A program made the position numbers and the translations under genes. A DNA stretch of 64,000 nt from Lepidodermella squamata (taxonomy: Eukaryota > Animalia > Gastrotricha), in contig JBLDXI010000004.1 in the NCBI GenBank assembly GCA_047495785.1, positions 682,001-746,000 on the forward strand. The letters are read 5' to 3'. The notes below the pieces were generated by a model that was not told where the DNA came from, searched no databases, and worked only from the letters and a program-made list of their open reading frames with translations. The number at the start of each line of letters is the position of its first letter. The first letter of the stretch is position 1. This document shows, piece by piece, positions 37,183 to 49,024 of the stretch.

Positions 37183-39182
37183 AGAATTTCTCAAAAGCGC
37201 CGAGTTGCACTCGCAAATCGGAGCGCAACATCAAATCAAACCAAAATTGTAAATGTAAATGTAATCTATCTCATTCTTTTTCCCAAAAATCCAACAACCA
37301 CGTCGAAGAAGACAAATTCCAAAATTCTCAAAGTCATGAAATGTGTCAAAATTGTGAAACGGATTCCGAAGAAATACCCATAATCGGCAATATCAAGCTT
37401 GGTGGGTTTGGTCTAAAAGTTACAATTTTGCCAGACAAAACCCAAAATTCCACAAATTTTCGAAATTCCAAGGATTCTAACGATTTTCTTCTCGATATAG
37501 CGGCGCCACAGTCAGCTGTGCTAACGCCGACCTGTTACCGAAAAATGCCAAAAATTTTTCCAGCAAAAGCAGCAGGACCGGATGGTAATCTTTTACCCGT
37601 AATTGGAAAATCTCTTTTGAATCTCCAAATTGGGTCAAATTCTGTCCAACACCCGTTTTTGTTTGTGAAAGGTCTCAGGGTTCCGGGTCTCATCGGCAGC
37701 GATTTCATTCGCGAACATGTACCGCACACAGACTGGAAAAATGGGTCCATTTCTTTCAAAGGCGAGAAAATTGCTTTGACCAGTTATTCAAAAGAGGGTT
37801 GCTATGCGATAAGTGCGCCGCGAGATTTAACAATTCCTGCGCGAAGCAAGATTTTCTTTTATGGTAATGTCCAGGGTCAAGTAGCAGAGAATTCACTCCT
37901 ATTAGTCGAGCCCATGGATACGCGCGACGCAAAAGATCTCATCCTAACTGCGAGTTCTATTGGCCGCGTTAGTGACGGGCAGGTCCCTATTCAGATGATA
38001 AATCTAGGAGACCAAGATGTGCAGATTCGCGAGGGTAGGAAAATTGCGCTTTCTTCACCTGCCGAAGGTGAAAGCTCTTCTGTGGCGTTTATAGGCGCTT
38101 CTTTCAGCGAATTAAACAAAAATTTGCCGCGAAAACCAAACAAGAAAGGAAACAAAAACACGTTTGTAGGTCAAATTTCGTCGCCCTCGTCGCCGTCGTC
38201 GTCAAGGTCACCGTCGTATCTGTTGAGTCCGTCCGAGAAGGATCGAAAACTGAAAGAACTTCTGCCAGACATCTCCCTTGCCGACTGTGCTCTCCAAGGA
38301 GATGACCTCGAAAGGCTCAAAGCGATCCTCATTGACTATCACGACTGTTATAGCAAGAACGAGGATGATTCAGGGTACTGTGACCTAATAAAACACGAGA
38401 TCGACTACAAAGGCCCCGTTGTCAACATCGGTTATCGCCGCTCGAATCCCTACCAGGACGAACTTTTACGCAAAGAAGTTGATAAATTGATTCGACAGGG
38501 AGTCGTAAAAGAATGTTTTTCACCATTCAGTAGCCCCGCAGTTCTTATACGAAAATCCAGCGGTGCCTACAGATTTGTTGTCGATTTTCGTTCTGCCAAC
38601 AGGTACATTTCGTTACCGAGCATCTATCAACTTCCAAATACATTCGATAATGTTAAAGCGAAGTATTTTTGCGTCAATGATATTTTTAATGCATTCAGCT
38701 CGGCGGCCCTGCATGAAAATTCGCAGAAATACACCGCGTTTTGTGTCAAAAATAAGAACTCTCAGTTAAAAAGCTACTGTTTCCGGGTACTGCCCCAAGG
38801 TATGAGACAATCGCCTTCAAGCTTCGTTCGATTGATAACAATGCTAACTGAAGATTTATCTGGCGTTCTAGTGTACGTCGATGATGTGTGCATTTACGGC
38901 GAAACTCCGTCGCAGTTACTCGATCGTTACGAGGCGTTTCTTCAAGTAATTCGAAAATCTGGGTTAAAATTGGCAATGAAGAAAGCCAAATTAGGCGTCA
39001 CCAGAGCTGTTTTTGCAGGGGCATTGCTCACAGATAAGGGCATTCTTCCAAATTTCGATAAATTAAAAGCAGTCGAAGATTGGCCTAGACCCACTAACCT
39101 TGAGTCACTTCGAAGATTTCTAGGATTCACCAACTATTACAGTCGCTTCTGTCCCAGATACGCTATTATTGCAGCTCCTCTG
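37179..39182 (+). pseudogene. pol: LTR-A pol (protease-RT), truncated
   Basis: LLDIAA (degenerate DTGA), LIGSDFI, SPFSSP, RFVVDFR, LPQG, YVDD, FLGFTNYY; homology ends after IIAAPL. Confidence 0.88.
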
Positions 39183-39361
39183 ATCGGCAGCTTCCGATTT
39201 CACCTGGTGTCGATTTCGGAGGATTCATTCGGCGTTTACGTCGCCTCAATTGAGAAGGATGAATAGCCTCAGGAGGCTGTTGAGGTGTACTGTTGTTTAC
39301 ATCCTCGGACTTGTTATCTTCTCTTTCGAACTTTTTCTGGAACAATATCAACTTGGCATCG

Positions 39362-39790
39362 TGTAGTACGGAAACTTTGTAAACTAATGAAAAGTAATAT
39401 CTCTCGTGAGTTCTTGTACTACTGAATTATTCCTGCGAAGGATTAATATGCGGCTCGTAAAACTTCTTGTAAATGAAATACAATAGCAACCAAAAGAAAG
39501 TCGCGAAAATGCTAAGTCCAAGAGTATAAGTCAAAGGTTTTATTATTTGCATAAAATGATGATTCTTGCACGTTTTCAACGGCGCTTATATAGGCCGGAT
39601 AGATCTAAGGAATTTAGTATATTTATGTTTAATTCTTGTGTTGGCTCGACGCCGACATTCCATGGCCAACTGCCAAACTCCTTGGCCAGTTGCCAACCAC
39701 GTTATTTTATTCCCTTGGCCGACTGCCAACTTCCTTGGCCAGTCGCCAATTATACGTGAGTACACACACACATCTTATCACCTTTTTACA
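39362..39790 (-). repeat. LTR-B 3' LTR
   Basis: TG..CA; matches 46870-47298. Confidence 0.95.
39641..39749. promoter_or_regulatory. Cluster of NFI-like TTGGC-N5-GCCAA sites in U3 (also in the 5' LTR)
   Basis: ttggccagttgccaa, ttggccgactgccaa, ttggccagtcgccaa exact; two near matches. Confidence 0.65.
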
Positions 39791-39917
39791 CCTTTCCCCT
39801 TAGTTTATTCATAATGACAAAAAGGTGCTATGTACATGTGCAGCACGGTTAGTAATTTTAAACTCTACAAATAGAATTAGTATTTACATCGGCAACGGCA
39901 ACGGCTTACGCGTCTGC

Positions 39918-40679
39918 TTACATCGGCTGGTCGGGGAAGCCGTGCGGAAGACTGGGGTTGATGAGATATCCCTCCGCATTCAACTGCCTCATGTAAGCCA
40001 GGTCATCAAAGAAGATGTGTTGGTCCAACATTCGGTTGCAGGGGACCTGTCGAACTCCGCCTCCAACATAGAACTCCGAGTTCCAATCGTTACTCATCAG
40101 AGTAATTTCCTCGAGTTCCGAAAATGGTTGCGTCTGCCACAAATTGAATCGCGCTGGCAGGGTAATACGCGCATTTAATGTCAACGAGTTGTATTCCAGC
40201 CGCGGGATATCTGTCGTTCCCAGCACCTGCTCCAGTCTGGTACGCGGCGTTACCAAGCGCATGATGCGTTCGGTAAAGATGACCCGCCACGTGCGGTACT
40301 CGAGCGTGTGCAGCGCCCCTTCGTCCGGCATTCTATCGGGCAGAACTGACGCCGGCTTCAAGGAGGATGGCACTGCCTGCAGCATCATAGTAACGCGAGG
40401 GCCATCTGGCTGGGCGTTGGCGAGGCGCCTGTACAAAAACGGCGCTTCGTTTTCCGCCTCAGTGAAGCGAGTCGTTACTTGTGAAACGGTGCCGTCATCG
40501 TGCAACCACGTGTTGTTGCGTTGGAACCCGTCTCGATAAACGAAATCTCGAGCGTTGGCTGGCAGTATGGGCGGAGACGGCGGGTTGCTTTCAGGGCCAT
40601 ATTCAGCATTAGGTTGTGGCGGTTGAGGCGGCGGATATTCGGCCACGGATTCCTCCTCAGATACAGATGGCGGCCGCAT
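39918..40679 (-). CDS. LTR-B accessory ORF downstream of env (253 aa, unknown function)
   Basis: Intact ATG-to-stop ORF between env and PPT; Pro/acidic N-terminus. Confidence 0.7.
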   Translation of the reverse strand: MRPPSVSEEESVAEYPPPQPPQPNAEYGPESNPPSPPILPANARDFVYRDGFQRNNTWLHDDGTVSQVTTRFTEAENEAPFLYRRLANAQPDGPRVTMMLQAVPSSLKPASVLPDRMPDEGALHTLEYRTWRVIFTERIMRLVTPRTRLEQVLGTTDIPRLEYNSLTLNARITLPARFNLWQTQPFSELEEITLMSNDWNSEFYVGGGVRQVPCNRMLDQHIFFDDLAYMRQLNAEGYLINPSLPHGFPDQPM

Positions 40680-40767
40680 GGCTGATACTTGTTGATGGTT
40701 TGAAAAAAATTTAAAATGCAGAAAATAAATATTTGTGTCAGTGTGATTTTGTTTGTTATTTCGCCGT

Positions 40768-41970
40768 TTATATAGCCGTCAGAGTGCACTTCTTTTGTCT
40801 TTTTGGCTTCAATCCAGCCCTCCCTCCGTGAATATTTTTCGCCGATGGAAGGATCTCGAAATCATCCATACTGATGGCTCTCTGATTCTTACACCTAATT
40901 TTGCTGCTGGCCGGCCATCTCACTGCTGTGAAGAGCAGTAGTGTTGCCAAGGCTACGATGGCTATGAAAGCCATTCCCCACCATATCAACCTGCTGGTGC
41001 TGTAGGTGTCATAAGAGCCATAACATAGCTGCTCGTCTACAGCATGGACCATTGTAAGGCTGTCGTCAAGTTGCCACAGCTTTTCGTTGGCAGCTGTCGA
41101 GGTGTCGTTGCGGTCATAAATGTGTATTTGTCGGTTAATGAAAAAAATGTCTGCACCCGCCGCCAGTGTTAAGACAGTGGCTGCGGATATATATGAAGTA
41201 ATGTTTGCTGACGTTATCCGAATTGCTTGTGATAACCAGAATTTGTTGTTGCCTAATCGAATCCATGGTGGCAAAATTTCGCAAAATGATGAACTTACTA
41301 TGCAGTGGTCCTGTCGGTCTTTATTTTCCGGATGCATCCATTCTACTTTGATTCTTTCTGCATAGACTTTCCAGGGGCATGTTACTGTGTTGTTTGACCT
41401 TCGACATGTTCTAAGAAGTGAAGATGAAATGTAAAATTTTCCTTCATTGCAGGTGATGATAGGCTGGTAGAAATTGATGAGATAAAACGCGGAAATGACA
41501 CAACGGTCATCTTTGGCGTAATGAAGAGGGATCACTCTGAGCAGTTGACATTGTTGTGAGTGATATTTACGTTTTAGTGCCAGACGTGTACGGCCGATAG
41601 ACGCCGGGCTGAGACTTGATTCGTCTTGACTGTCAACCGCGTTACGATCCATTCTTCTAGCCCGCTTTCTGTCCCGTATCTCAGATGATTCTAGCAGCTC
41701 TGTATCAATAAATTGACGTCGTTTTCGTCTCGCATGCGATGGTGTCGTTTGCTCTGTTGTCGTCTTATCCAGTCGGGCTGTCGACGTCATGATTTTCGTA
41801 ATAGCTGTTGGTGTCCTAGGACTTGTTGTTGTATCTTCTACCACGTTTTCTACAAATATTATGCTTTCCCTTGTTGCTGTCGCGACCAATTTGTGTATCC
41901 ATATCTCTGTTTTGTCAGTTGCCCCAACTCTCTCCACCATAGTTGTTGTCAGTATCAGCAGCATTGTCAT
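40768..41970 (-). CDS. env: Env-like glycoprotein
   Basis: Hydrophobic N-terminus, Thr-rich stretch, furin-type RRKRR, Cys-rich ectodomain with N-x-T/S sites, C-terminal TM (LIWWGMAFIAIVALATLLLF); upstream tttcag acceptor. Confidence 0.75.
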   Translation of the reverse strand: MTMLLILTTTMVERVGATDKTEIWIHKLVATATRESIIFVENVVEDTTTSPRTPTAITKIMTSTARLDKTTTEQTTPSHARRKRRQFIDTELLESSEIRDRKRARRMDRNAVDSQDESSLSPASIGRTRLALKRKYHSQQCQLLRVIPLHYAKDDRCVISAFYLINFYQPIITCNEGKFYISSSLLRTCRRSNNTVTCPWKVYAERIKVEWMHPENKDRQDHCIVSSSFCEILPPWIRLGNNKFWLSQAIRITSANITSYISAATVLTLAAGADIFFINRQIHIYDRNDTSTAANEKLWQLDDSLTMVHAVDEQLCYGSYDTYSTSRLIWWGMAFIAIVALATLLLFTAVRWPASSKIRCKNQRAISMDDFEILPSAKNIHGGRAGLKPKRQKKCTLTAI

Positions 41971-41991
41971 AGTACCATACCTGAAATTGGG

Positions 41992-44900
41992 TTAGTTAGT
42001 TTTCCGGTAAAATGAAGGCCTATCTAGTTTTGGCCTAGTCGATTCAGAGGGTGCTCGCGGATTCCTATAAGTTCTGTAGGGAAGAATTTCAATGTCAGGC
42101 CGTTCCTCCCCTTGGTCTGATTCATTCTCGAACAACTCGGCTAATCCTAAGTATCCTAGGTCTGCTATAGGATCTGGTTCAGGTTCTGGCGAGCGTGCTG
42201 GTATGGGATTTGCTGGAGGATCCACAGGGATGGGCACCAAGGGCCTTGGTACCGCGGGAATAACCGGTGAAAGCGGATTTGGCTCTGGCTCCGGTCGCGG
42301 TTCCTCCACTGGAGACGTGTCGAAACGATCTTGGTCCCATAGAGAGTCCAGCTTATTGCTCCTGAGGTTGTAAGAATGAATGGGAGACCTCACTGGCTTC
42401 TCAGGCATAGCCTGCGGTTTTGTCTGTAACATGAGCCGGGCCGGTTTCGGCGTGTTTTGGCTGTCACTGTTCAGCTCGTCTCGCCGCTGTTTCTCTGCCA
42501 AATCTTCATTATCTTCCGGCTCTTTAACTTGGGCTGCCTGGTTTGATTTGGCGAGTTTGTCCACATCGCCATAGAATGGTTTCAGTCTGTTTCGGTGAAC
42601 GAATTTCGGTTTCTGCGATCCATTGTAGAGTTGGATTTCGTAGTTGACTCCTATCCTTTGCAGCACAGTGTAAGGGCCTCTCCACGGGCTCCAGAATTTC
42701 CTAGGAGTTGACGATGAAGCTGGTAATGCCGGGCAGTGTAGCCATACCAAGGTTCCTTCTGGAAATGGATCACAATTTCCTGCTTTCTGATCATAGATCG
42801 CTTTCTGTCGTTCTCGAACTAGTTTCATTCGATCATTTACGATTTTGTTTGCTGTAACGAGATTTCGATGGAGCTTGTTTGCATAATCATCTGTGCTGAC
42901 TGGTTTTCCTCCATTGTCTGCTACGATCTCGCCTGGTAACCGTATCCGTCGTCCTGTTGCTAAGAACGCCGGACTATACGTAGTCTGGCTGTGGCGAGAT
43001 GTATTATAGAAAAACATTACCGGCTGTAGTTGTTCATGCCATTTTCCGCCCTTCTGACTCAGGCTGTTGGCAATCATATTAGCTATTGTCAGATTTTGCC
43101 TCTCACACAACCCATTGGTGGATGGCTTGAATGCTGTAGTACGAACCTGCGTAATTTGGAGTAGTTTTTCAACTTCACTGACCAGTTTCCCGATCAACTG
43201 AGCTCCGTTGTCTGATAGGATGCGTTTCGGGAAACCGTGAATGTAGCAGAATTCCAGGAGTTTTTCTACAACTTTCTCAGCTGTAATTGTTCTTAATGGC
43301 CAAGCTTGGAAGTATTTGCTGAAGTGGTCTCCGATAAGAAGAACGTATCGATAACCATCGGATGGCTGGACAGGACCCATGATATCCCATACATATAGCT
43401 CGCCGAAGCTCGATGTTTCGATAGGGTGTAGCTCGGCTACAGGATGTTTGATTGGTCCTTTCCTTTGTTGGCAAGGGATGCATTCCCTGACGTAGTCAGC
43501 CACATCGGTCTCCAAGTCAGGCCAGAAGTATTGCTCCTTGATTCTGGCTATCGTTCGGTCCATTCCCAGATGTCCTCCGACTTCGTCATGAAGATGTTGT
43601 AAAATCATCTTTCTCAAGGTAGCCGGTAGGACGTATTGCTTCAATTCTTTGTTCGATTCTTCCGGATATCTTACCAGTACATTGTTCTCGATATCGAATC
43701 GCCTATCGACCGGTTTGTTTGTTTTGACCTTCTCTATGGTCGATTTGATCCAATCGTCCTTCAATTGCTCAGCTCGGAGTTGTTCCAAGGTGATTTTGGG
43801 CTGTAGGCATATGTTGATGCTTGGTCCGATGCCTCGTTTTGTAGGTGGGAATTGTCGATCGGGCTTTCGAGACATGAAATCGGCGTTTCCATGCTTCTTG
43901 CCTGGTTTGTAGACAATCTTTAGGGCATAGTTGTTCAGTTTAAGCGCCCATCGACTTACTCTACCTCCCACATCCCTACATGATTGCATCGTAACTAGCG
44001 GGTTGTGATCGACCTTAACAGTCACATGTCCCAGGTCAGGTGAGTCGTTAATCATTGCGTGTTGCTCTCTTGTCCGAATGTAGGGTTTGAAGAATTTGGT
44101 GACACATTCAACCAAGGCTAGGCACTCCTTCTCCGTTACGGATAAGTTTCGCTCGCTCTTGGTTAAAGTTCGGCTGGCGTAAGCTATAGGGTGTTCCTCC
44201 CCGTCGATAACTTGAGTTAGGACTCCGCCTATCGCGTGATCTGAGCTATCGCTTTCTATTTGGAACGGAACAGAAAAGTTAGGGTAACGTAGTACAGGGC
44301 TAGTTGTCAGCTTTTCCTTAAGGGTTTGAAAAGCTTTATCTGCTTCCTCAGACCACTGGAACTTTTGCGTTGACTTTCGCATAAGCGAAGTAAGCGGCTC
44401 CGTGATTTTCGCAAATCCTTCGATGAAGCGCCTGTAGTAGGACACTCCACCGTATATGCTACGAAGCTCATGAATGTCAGTGGGTCTGGGGTAATCTAGG
44501 ATTGCGGCTATTTTGCTTCGTGATGGCGTTACTCCGTAGGCGTTCACTGTGAAACCTAAGAAATCGATCTCTGATTTCGCTAGCTTACATTTCGCGCCAT
44601 TGAACTTCAACTTGGCCTCCCTAAATCGCTTGAATACCTCTCTTAATAAAGCTAAGTGTTCCTCAAAGGTGGAAGAAAATAGGCATACATCGTCTGCGTA
44701 GTTGCAAACGTTGCCTTGTGCGATTAAATCACCTAATGTGGCATGCATTACGCGATTCCATATGGAAGATGAGTTGGTACCCCCCATTATAACTCGCGTA
44801 TATTTCCAGGTGCCGATATGGGGCCCGAGATCGAAGGAAGTCAGGTCCTGAGAGTTAGGAGTGAGGCTAAGTGAATAAAATGCTTGCCCCACATCTACCG

Positions 44901-45918
44901 ATGTGATATACTTGAATGACTTTCCCCCATTTCCTAACATTTCTAAACATTCATCAGCTCTCGGTCCTGAAAAGAGTTCCTTCTTCGTTTTACTGTTTAG
45001 GTAACGCGCATCTAATACTATCCTAACTTGGTTGTTGGCCTTAGGCACGAGCTGAATGCTGTTGCGATGCTCTGAGTTGGAGGGTGCAATTATGCCAGCC
45101 TTATAAAGTTGCTCTATCTCTTTCTTAAGCAGTATTTTCTCCGCGTTGGAAAATCTCCTCATGGGTTGCTTTATCCTACTCCCATCGGTTTTGATGGAAT
45201 GTTTGAATTTATCGTAGCAGCCTACGTCATATTTATGACGCATGAAGATATCGCTAAATTCGTTTACGAGTGCTCTGAGCTGGGCTCGTTGGCTGTCCGT
45301 TAAGGTGGGTTCACTTATGTCTACCTCGGGCTCCCATGGTGTAACTGGCAATGTTGAGGGCCTTGCTATTTTGTCGCTGCCTGATTGTGGCAGGTAAGGC
45401 GCAATAGCGGATTTCTGCCCGATATTCATTAGAATATCTAAAGGGCCTTTGCTGAGCGCTATTCGCGTGCCGTCTCTTAATATTAGCTGCCGTTTTTCCC
45501 AATCTATCGCTGACGCGTAAATGTCTAAAAAGTCTGCCCCGACTCAGGCTGGTACGCAAAGCTTCTCTATCGCTAAGAAATCGTGCTTGAATGTGAGTTT
45601 TCCCATTTTCCCTGAGAGCTGTGCAAGGCCTTTGACGTTCAGACTTGACCCGTCAGGACCTATTGCAGTAGCTGGCCTTAGCTGAGGTGAACTAGGGATA
45701 AGATTGCAGTTAAGGCAACTTTTCGCGGCACCTGTATCTAGCAATGCCTGGATGGGTTTGCCATTAATGACAAGTTTAACCATGAGTCCCTTAATACCAT
45801 TAACACTAGGGATAAGCGGTTGGGATTTCAGGGATTTAGCTGACAGGCATACCGTATCCCCTCTTAGGTTTGCCCTTCCTCGTTTCCCTGGTCTTGGGAT
45901 GAGTTGGGTGGGGTCCAA
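41992..45918 (-). CDS. pol: LTR-B pro-pol (PR-RT-RNaseH-IN) with one in-frame TGA at 45544-45546
   Basis: LLDTGA; VPA*VGADFL continues in frame; YADD; DSS..E..VDH..NADFMSR; HHCC; D-D-E integrase; WRGPY. Confidence 0.92.
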
Positions 45919-46802
45919 GCTCGTCTAAAGCCAAACGCTCTCCCAAATGTCCTCCCCCTCGTTGATTTTAATGGCTGCCTACATTCCCTCTTCCTATGGC
46001 CGGGGCGGTTGCAATTCCAACACGTGATGACCCGACGGGAAGCAGGAGGTTGTTCCTCAGTGCTCAACTTGCCCACTCTATCCGTTAGCTGTTTGATGGC
46101 TTCATTCTGCGCTTTGGCAGTCTCGGCCTGCGAAACTAGCGCATTAATGAGGCGATCGGCGGAATCAGATTCCGCTGAGCTGATGGCTCCTATGACTGAA
46201 TTCCCCAAATTACTTAACCTATCTGCTCGCTCTGCCTTTTCCGCACGAGCGGTGATAGTATCTATATCGGCTGGGTCCCCCTCTCTATAAACGGCTACCC
46301 TAAGTTCTGGCCTAAGGCCTAAAGCATACCTGTTAAGCAGTTTGCCGTCGAAGATCAGCTTCTTGTCGGGAGGGTTGTCCTCGTAACCAGCTTGATAAAG
46401 CAGTCGTTTGAGGGCCGTAAGATACTCGCGAACAGATTCGGTCGGTTGTTGGGCTCGAGCCATGAATGTCATCTCAGCTAGGGCTTTATCCGGTTGAAGG
46501 TTTGCGCCTTCCTCCAGTATGGTCTTTGCTGCCGAGAGTTTCGTACATGTTTTAGCGGCAGCTGATTCTTGCCAGACCTCGAGCAATCGCCCTGTGAGGT
46601 ATAAGGGCAGCACCGCGATGACTTTACGCCTGGCGATCAAGGCTTCGGAATCTACACCACCGACAGCATCTGGATCCTCGTCCTTGGCTCCACAAGCGCG
46701 AGCAAGGGCGATAAATTGCTGCCAGCTTTCTTGGAATCGCTCGTAGTTTGTGCCAGAGATTTTCGGAAATGCGTTGAGGGATCGTTGAATTTCGAATGAC
46801 AT
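45864..46802 (-). CDS. gag: LTR-B gag
   Basis: QQPTESVREYL, CWNCNRPGHRKREC; slippery G GGA AAC at 45888-45882. Confidence 0.92.
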   Translation of the reverse strand: MSFEIQRSLNAFPKISGTNYERFQESWQQFIALARACGAKDEDPDAVGGVDSEALIARRKVIAVLPLYLTGRLLEVWQESAAAKTCTKLSAAKTILEEGANLQPDKALAEMTFMARAQQPTESVREYLTALKRLLYQAGYEDNPPDKKLIFDGKLLNRYALGLRPELRVAVYREGDPADIDTITARAEKAERADRLSNLGNSVIGAISSAESDSADRLINALVSQAETAKAQNEAIKQLTDRVGKLSTEEQPPASRRVITCWNCNRPGHRKRECRQPLKSTRGRTFGRAFGFRRAWTPPNSSQDQGNEEGQT

Positions 46803-46869
46803 TGTAGGGCAGGTAATTTATTAACCAAGAAATCGTCGATTTGTAGCTACCAGTGGCCACCAGAAAAGA

Positions 46870-47298
46870 TGTAGTACGGAAACTTTGTAAACTAATGAAA
46901 AGTAATATCTCTCGTGAGTTCTTGTACTACTGAATTATTCCTGCGAAGGATTAATATGCGGCTCGTAAAACTTCTTGTAAATGAAATACAATAGCAACCA
47001 AAAGAAAGTCGCGAAAATGCTAAGTCCAAGAGTATAAGTCAAAGGTTTTATTATTTGCATAAAATGATGATTCTTGCACGTTTTCAACGGCGCTTATATA
47101 GGCCGGATAGATCTAAGGAATTTAGTATATTTATGTTTAATTCTTGTGTTGGCTCGACGCCGACATTCCATGGCCAACTGCCAAACTCCTTGGCCAGTTG
47201 CCAACCACGTTATTTTATTCCCTTGGCCGACTGCCAACTTCCTTGGCCAGTCGCCAATTATACGTGAGTACACACACACATCTTATCACCTTTTTACA
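46870..47298 (-). repeat. LTR-B 5' LTR
   Basis: TG..CA; TATA-like and AATAAA on minus strand. Confidence 0.95.
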
Positions 47299-47456
47299 AT
47301 CGTTTCGAGCTTCTTCAATGGGATCGATGTAGTAATCACTACGGCGACTTAGAGCATCGGGACCTGCCAAATTAGTCCCCTTTTTGTGATGGAACGAGAA
47401 ATTATATTGCGACACAAATCTTGCTAGTCTCCCGAGTTTGCTGAATGCATCCTTAT
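47299..47456 (-). pseudogene. Inverted RNase H C-terminal fragment, probably of LTR-A (continues at 39357-39183)
   Basis: LGRLARFVSQYNF..KKG.N..PDALSR; frame continues across the ATCG TSD as ..ARND|AKLILFQKK. Confidence 0.75.
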
Positions 47457-47522
47457 GTTTGATATGAAAATATTTACAAATCCGAATTCTTTTCCTTTCC
47501 AATTTTCGTTCAATTTCAAAAC

Positions 47523-48830
47523 TCACCCAGCCTGAAACAGTTCTGGCTGTTTTATTTCTCTTCTTGGATAGCGATCTGTCCTATCGCTACGGTAAAACGT
47601 ACGAACATGCGAACGCTGCATGTTTTCATTCCTGTGACCTTGGTCATATTTTTCAGACTTTTCGCCACGCGATTTCCCATTCTTGTGCCTTCTCATAGGC
47701 TGAGCTCTGGCTCTTGGTTCTCTGTGGCCTTTATTTCCGGTCTTTTCCGCCTTTCTACGGATCTCGTTCAAGTATAACCTCAAATCAGGTTTCCCAGCTT
47801 GAGCTTTCTGCTCATTGGCTTGCCAAAATTCCGTGATTTCCGGAAAATTAGCATTATTATTTTCCGTGTCAACTCTGACAACTGGCGCAGGGGTACCCCG
47901 AGAGGTGGTAGCTTTGGCGTCATCTCGCTTTAACTTAACACTCACCTCCGTCGGCGGTTCGCCGCGGTACAGCATGAGGCGCTCTCTATGTACTCGCTGC
48001 GTTCGCCCCTCGCCGTTAAAGAGCATGATCTCGTACGTATTCTCACCGACTCTTTCGGTGATGGTGTACGGCCCTTGCCAGGGACTGGCTAACTTTGTGG
48101 TCATTCCTACTGGTACCACCTCACTATGTAGCCAAACCAATTGTCCCCTGATGAGTGGCTCCGCGTTGCAGTCTATGTCATGCCTTTCTTTGGCGCGAGC
48201 CTGCTCTTTTGCGATGCGAATTCTCACATCTTCGTACGCTTGACGTAAATTTTCTACTATCTTTTTCGCGTAGTCATTATAGTCTTTTGGCACATCAAAT
48301 CGCGGTTTCAAAGCATCAAAAACTTCTCGTTTTCCTCGTCCAAACAACAGGAAATTTGGGCTAAAATTTGTAACGCTGTGAGAACTATTATTGAAGGCCG
48401 ATACAACACCTGGTAGCAATTCATCCCAATTTTTCTGACCTGAACTGGTACTCATAACTTTCGACAACAAAAGTTGGACTGTTCTGTTGGCTCTTTCGGG
48501 ATAGGGGTCTGTTTTCGGCGAATATGGAGTCGTCCTGGTTTTCTTAACCCCGTAAACTTTCAGGAGTTGTTGAATCAAATTCGAATTCAAGTTACTTCCT
48601 TGGTCAGAGTGAAGTGTATAAGGGGCTCCGAATGTGTCAAAGAGCTCCTTCAGCTTTTCTGCTATTGTTTCTGAAGTAGCATCCTTCAATGGATAGGCGA
48701 AGAGATATTTAGTGAAGCTATCCACAACCGCTAAAATATGCTTATTCCCTTTTGTTGACTCTGGTAGGTCCATTATGTCCATTGAAAGAAAGGACATTGG
48801 AGCATCTGCGGGTAGATGCTGGAGAGGGGC
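47523..48830 (-). pseudogene. Inverted integrase core, probably of LTR-A (HHCC finger missing)
   Basis: SMDI, VDSFTKY, HSDQG, PERANR, WQGPY. Confidence 0.85.
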
Positions 48831-48946
48831 TGAAATTGAACGAAAATTGGAAAGGAAAAGAATTCGGATTTGTAAATATTTTCATATCAAAGTTGTTAAT
48901 CCACCTTGATTTCAGCCTATCTACAGAAATACACGCACGATTTTCG

Positions 48947-49024
48947 TAACAGAAATAAAGACCATTCGTTGAGTTGCGTATGATTGGTGGTCTCTTGACT
49001 TCAAGACATAGACCAGGGTTAACA
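48947..49024 (+). repeat. LTR-A 3' LTR remnant (78 bp)
   Basis: Identical to 12677-12754; followed by TATT. Confidence 0.88.

Larger units (their letters stand above)
39362..47298 (-). mobile_element. Young Ty3/Gypsy provirus LTR-B with env-like and extra ORF
   Basis: Apparently identical 429-bp LTRs (39362-39790, 46870-47298); TSD ATCG; PPT aaggggaaagg (39791-39801, minus); TGG-starting PBS near 46862. Confidence 0.95.
12580..49024 (+). mobile_element. Ty3/Gypsy LTR retrotransposon LTR-A, disrupted by nested insertions and rearrangement
   Basis: 5' LTR 12580-12754 (TG..CA); its last 78 bp recur at 48947-49024; 4-bp TSD TATT at 12576-12579 and 49025-49028; gag and pol pieces in between. Confidence 0.88.

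Noticed and set aside
39547-39814. ORFs inside LTR-B LTRs (also 47055-47352)
   Set aside because: Translations of regulatory repeats
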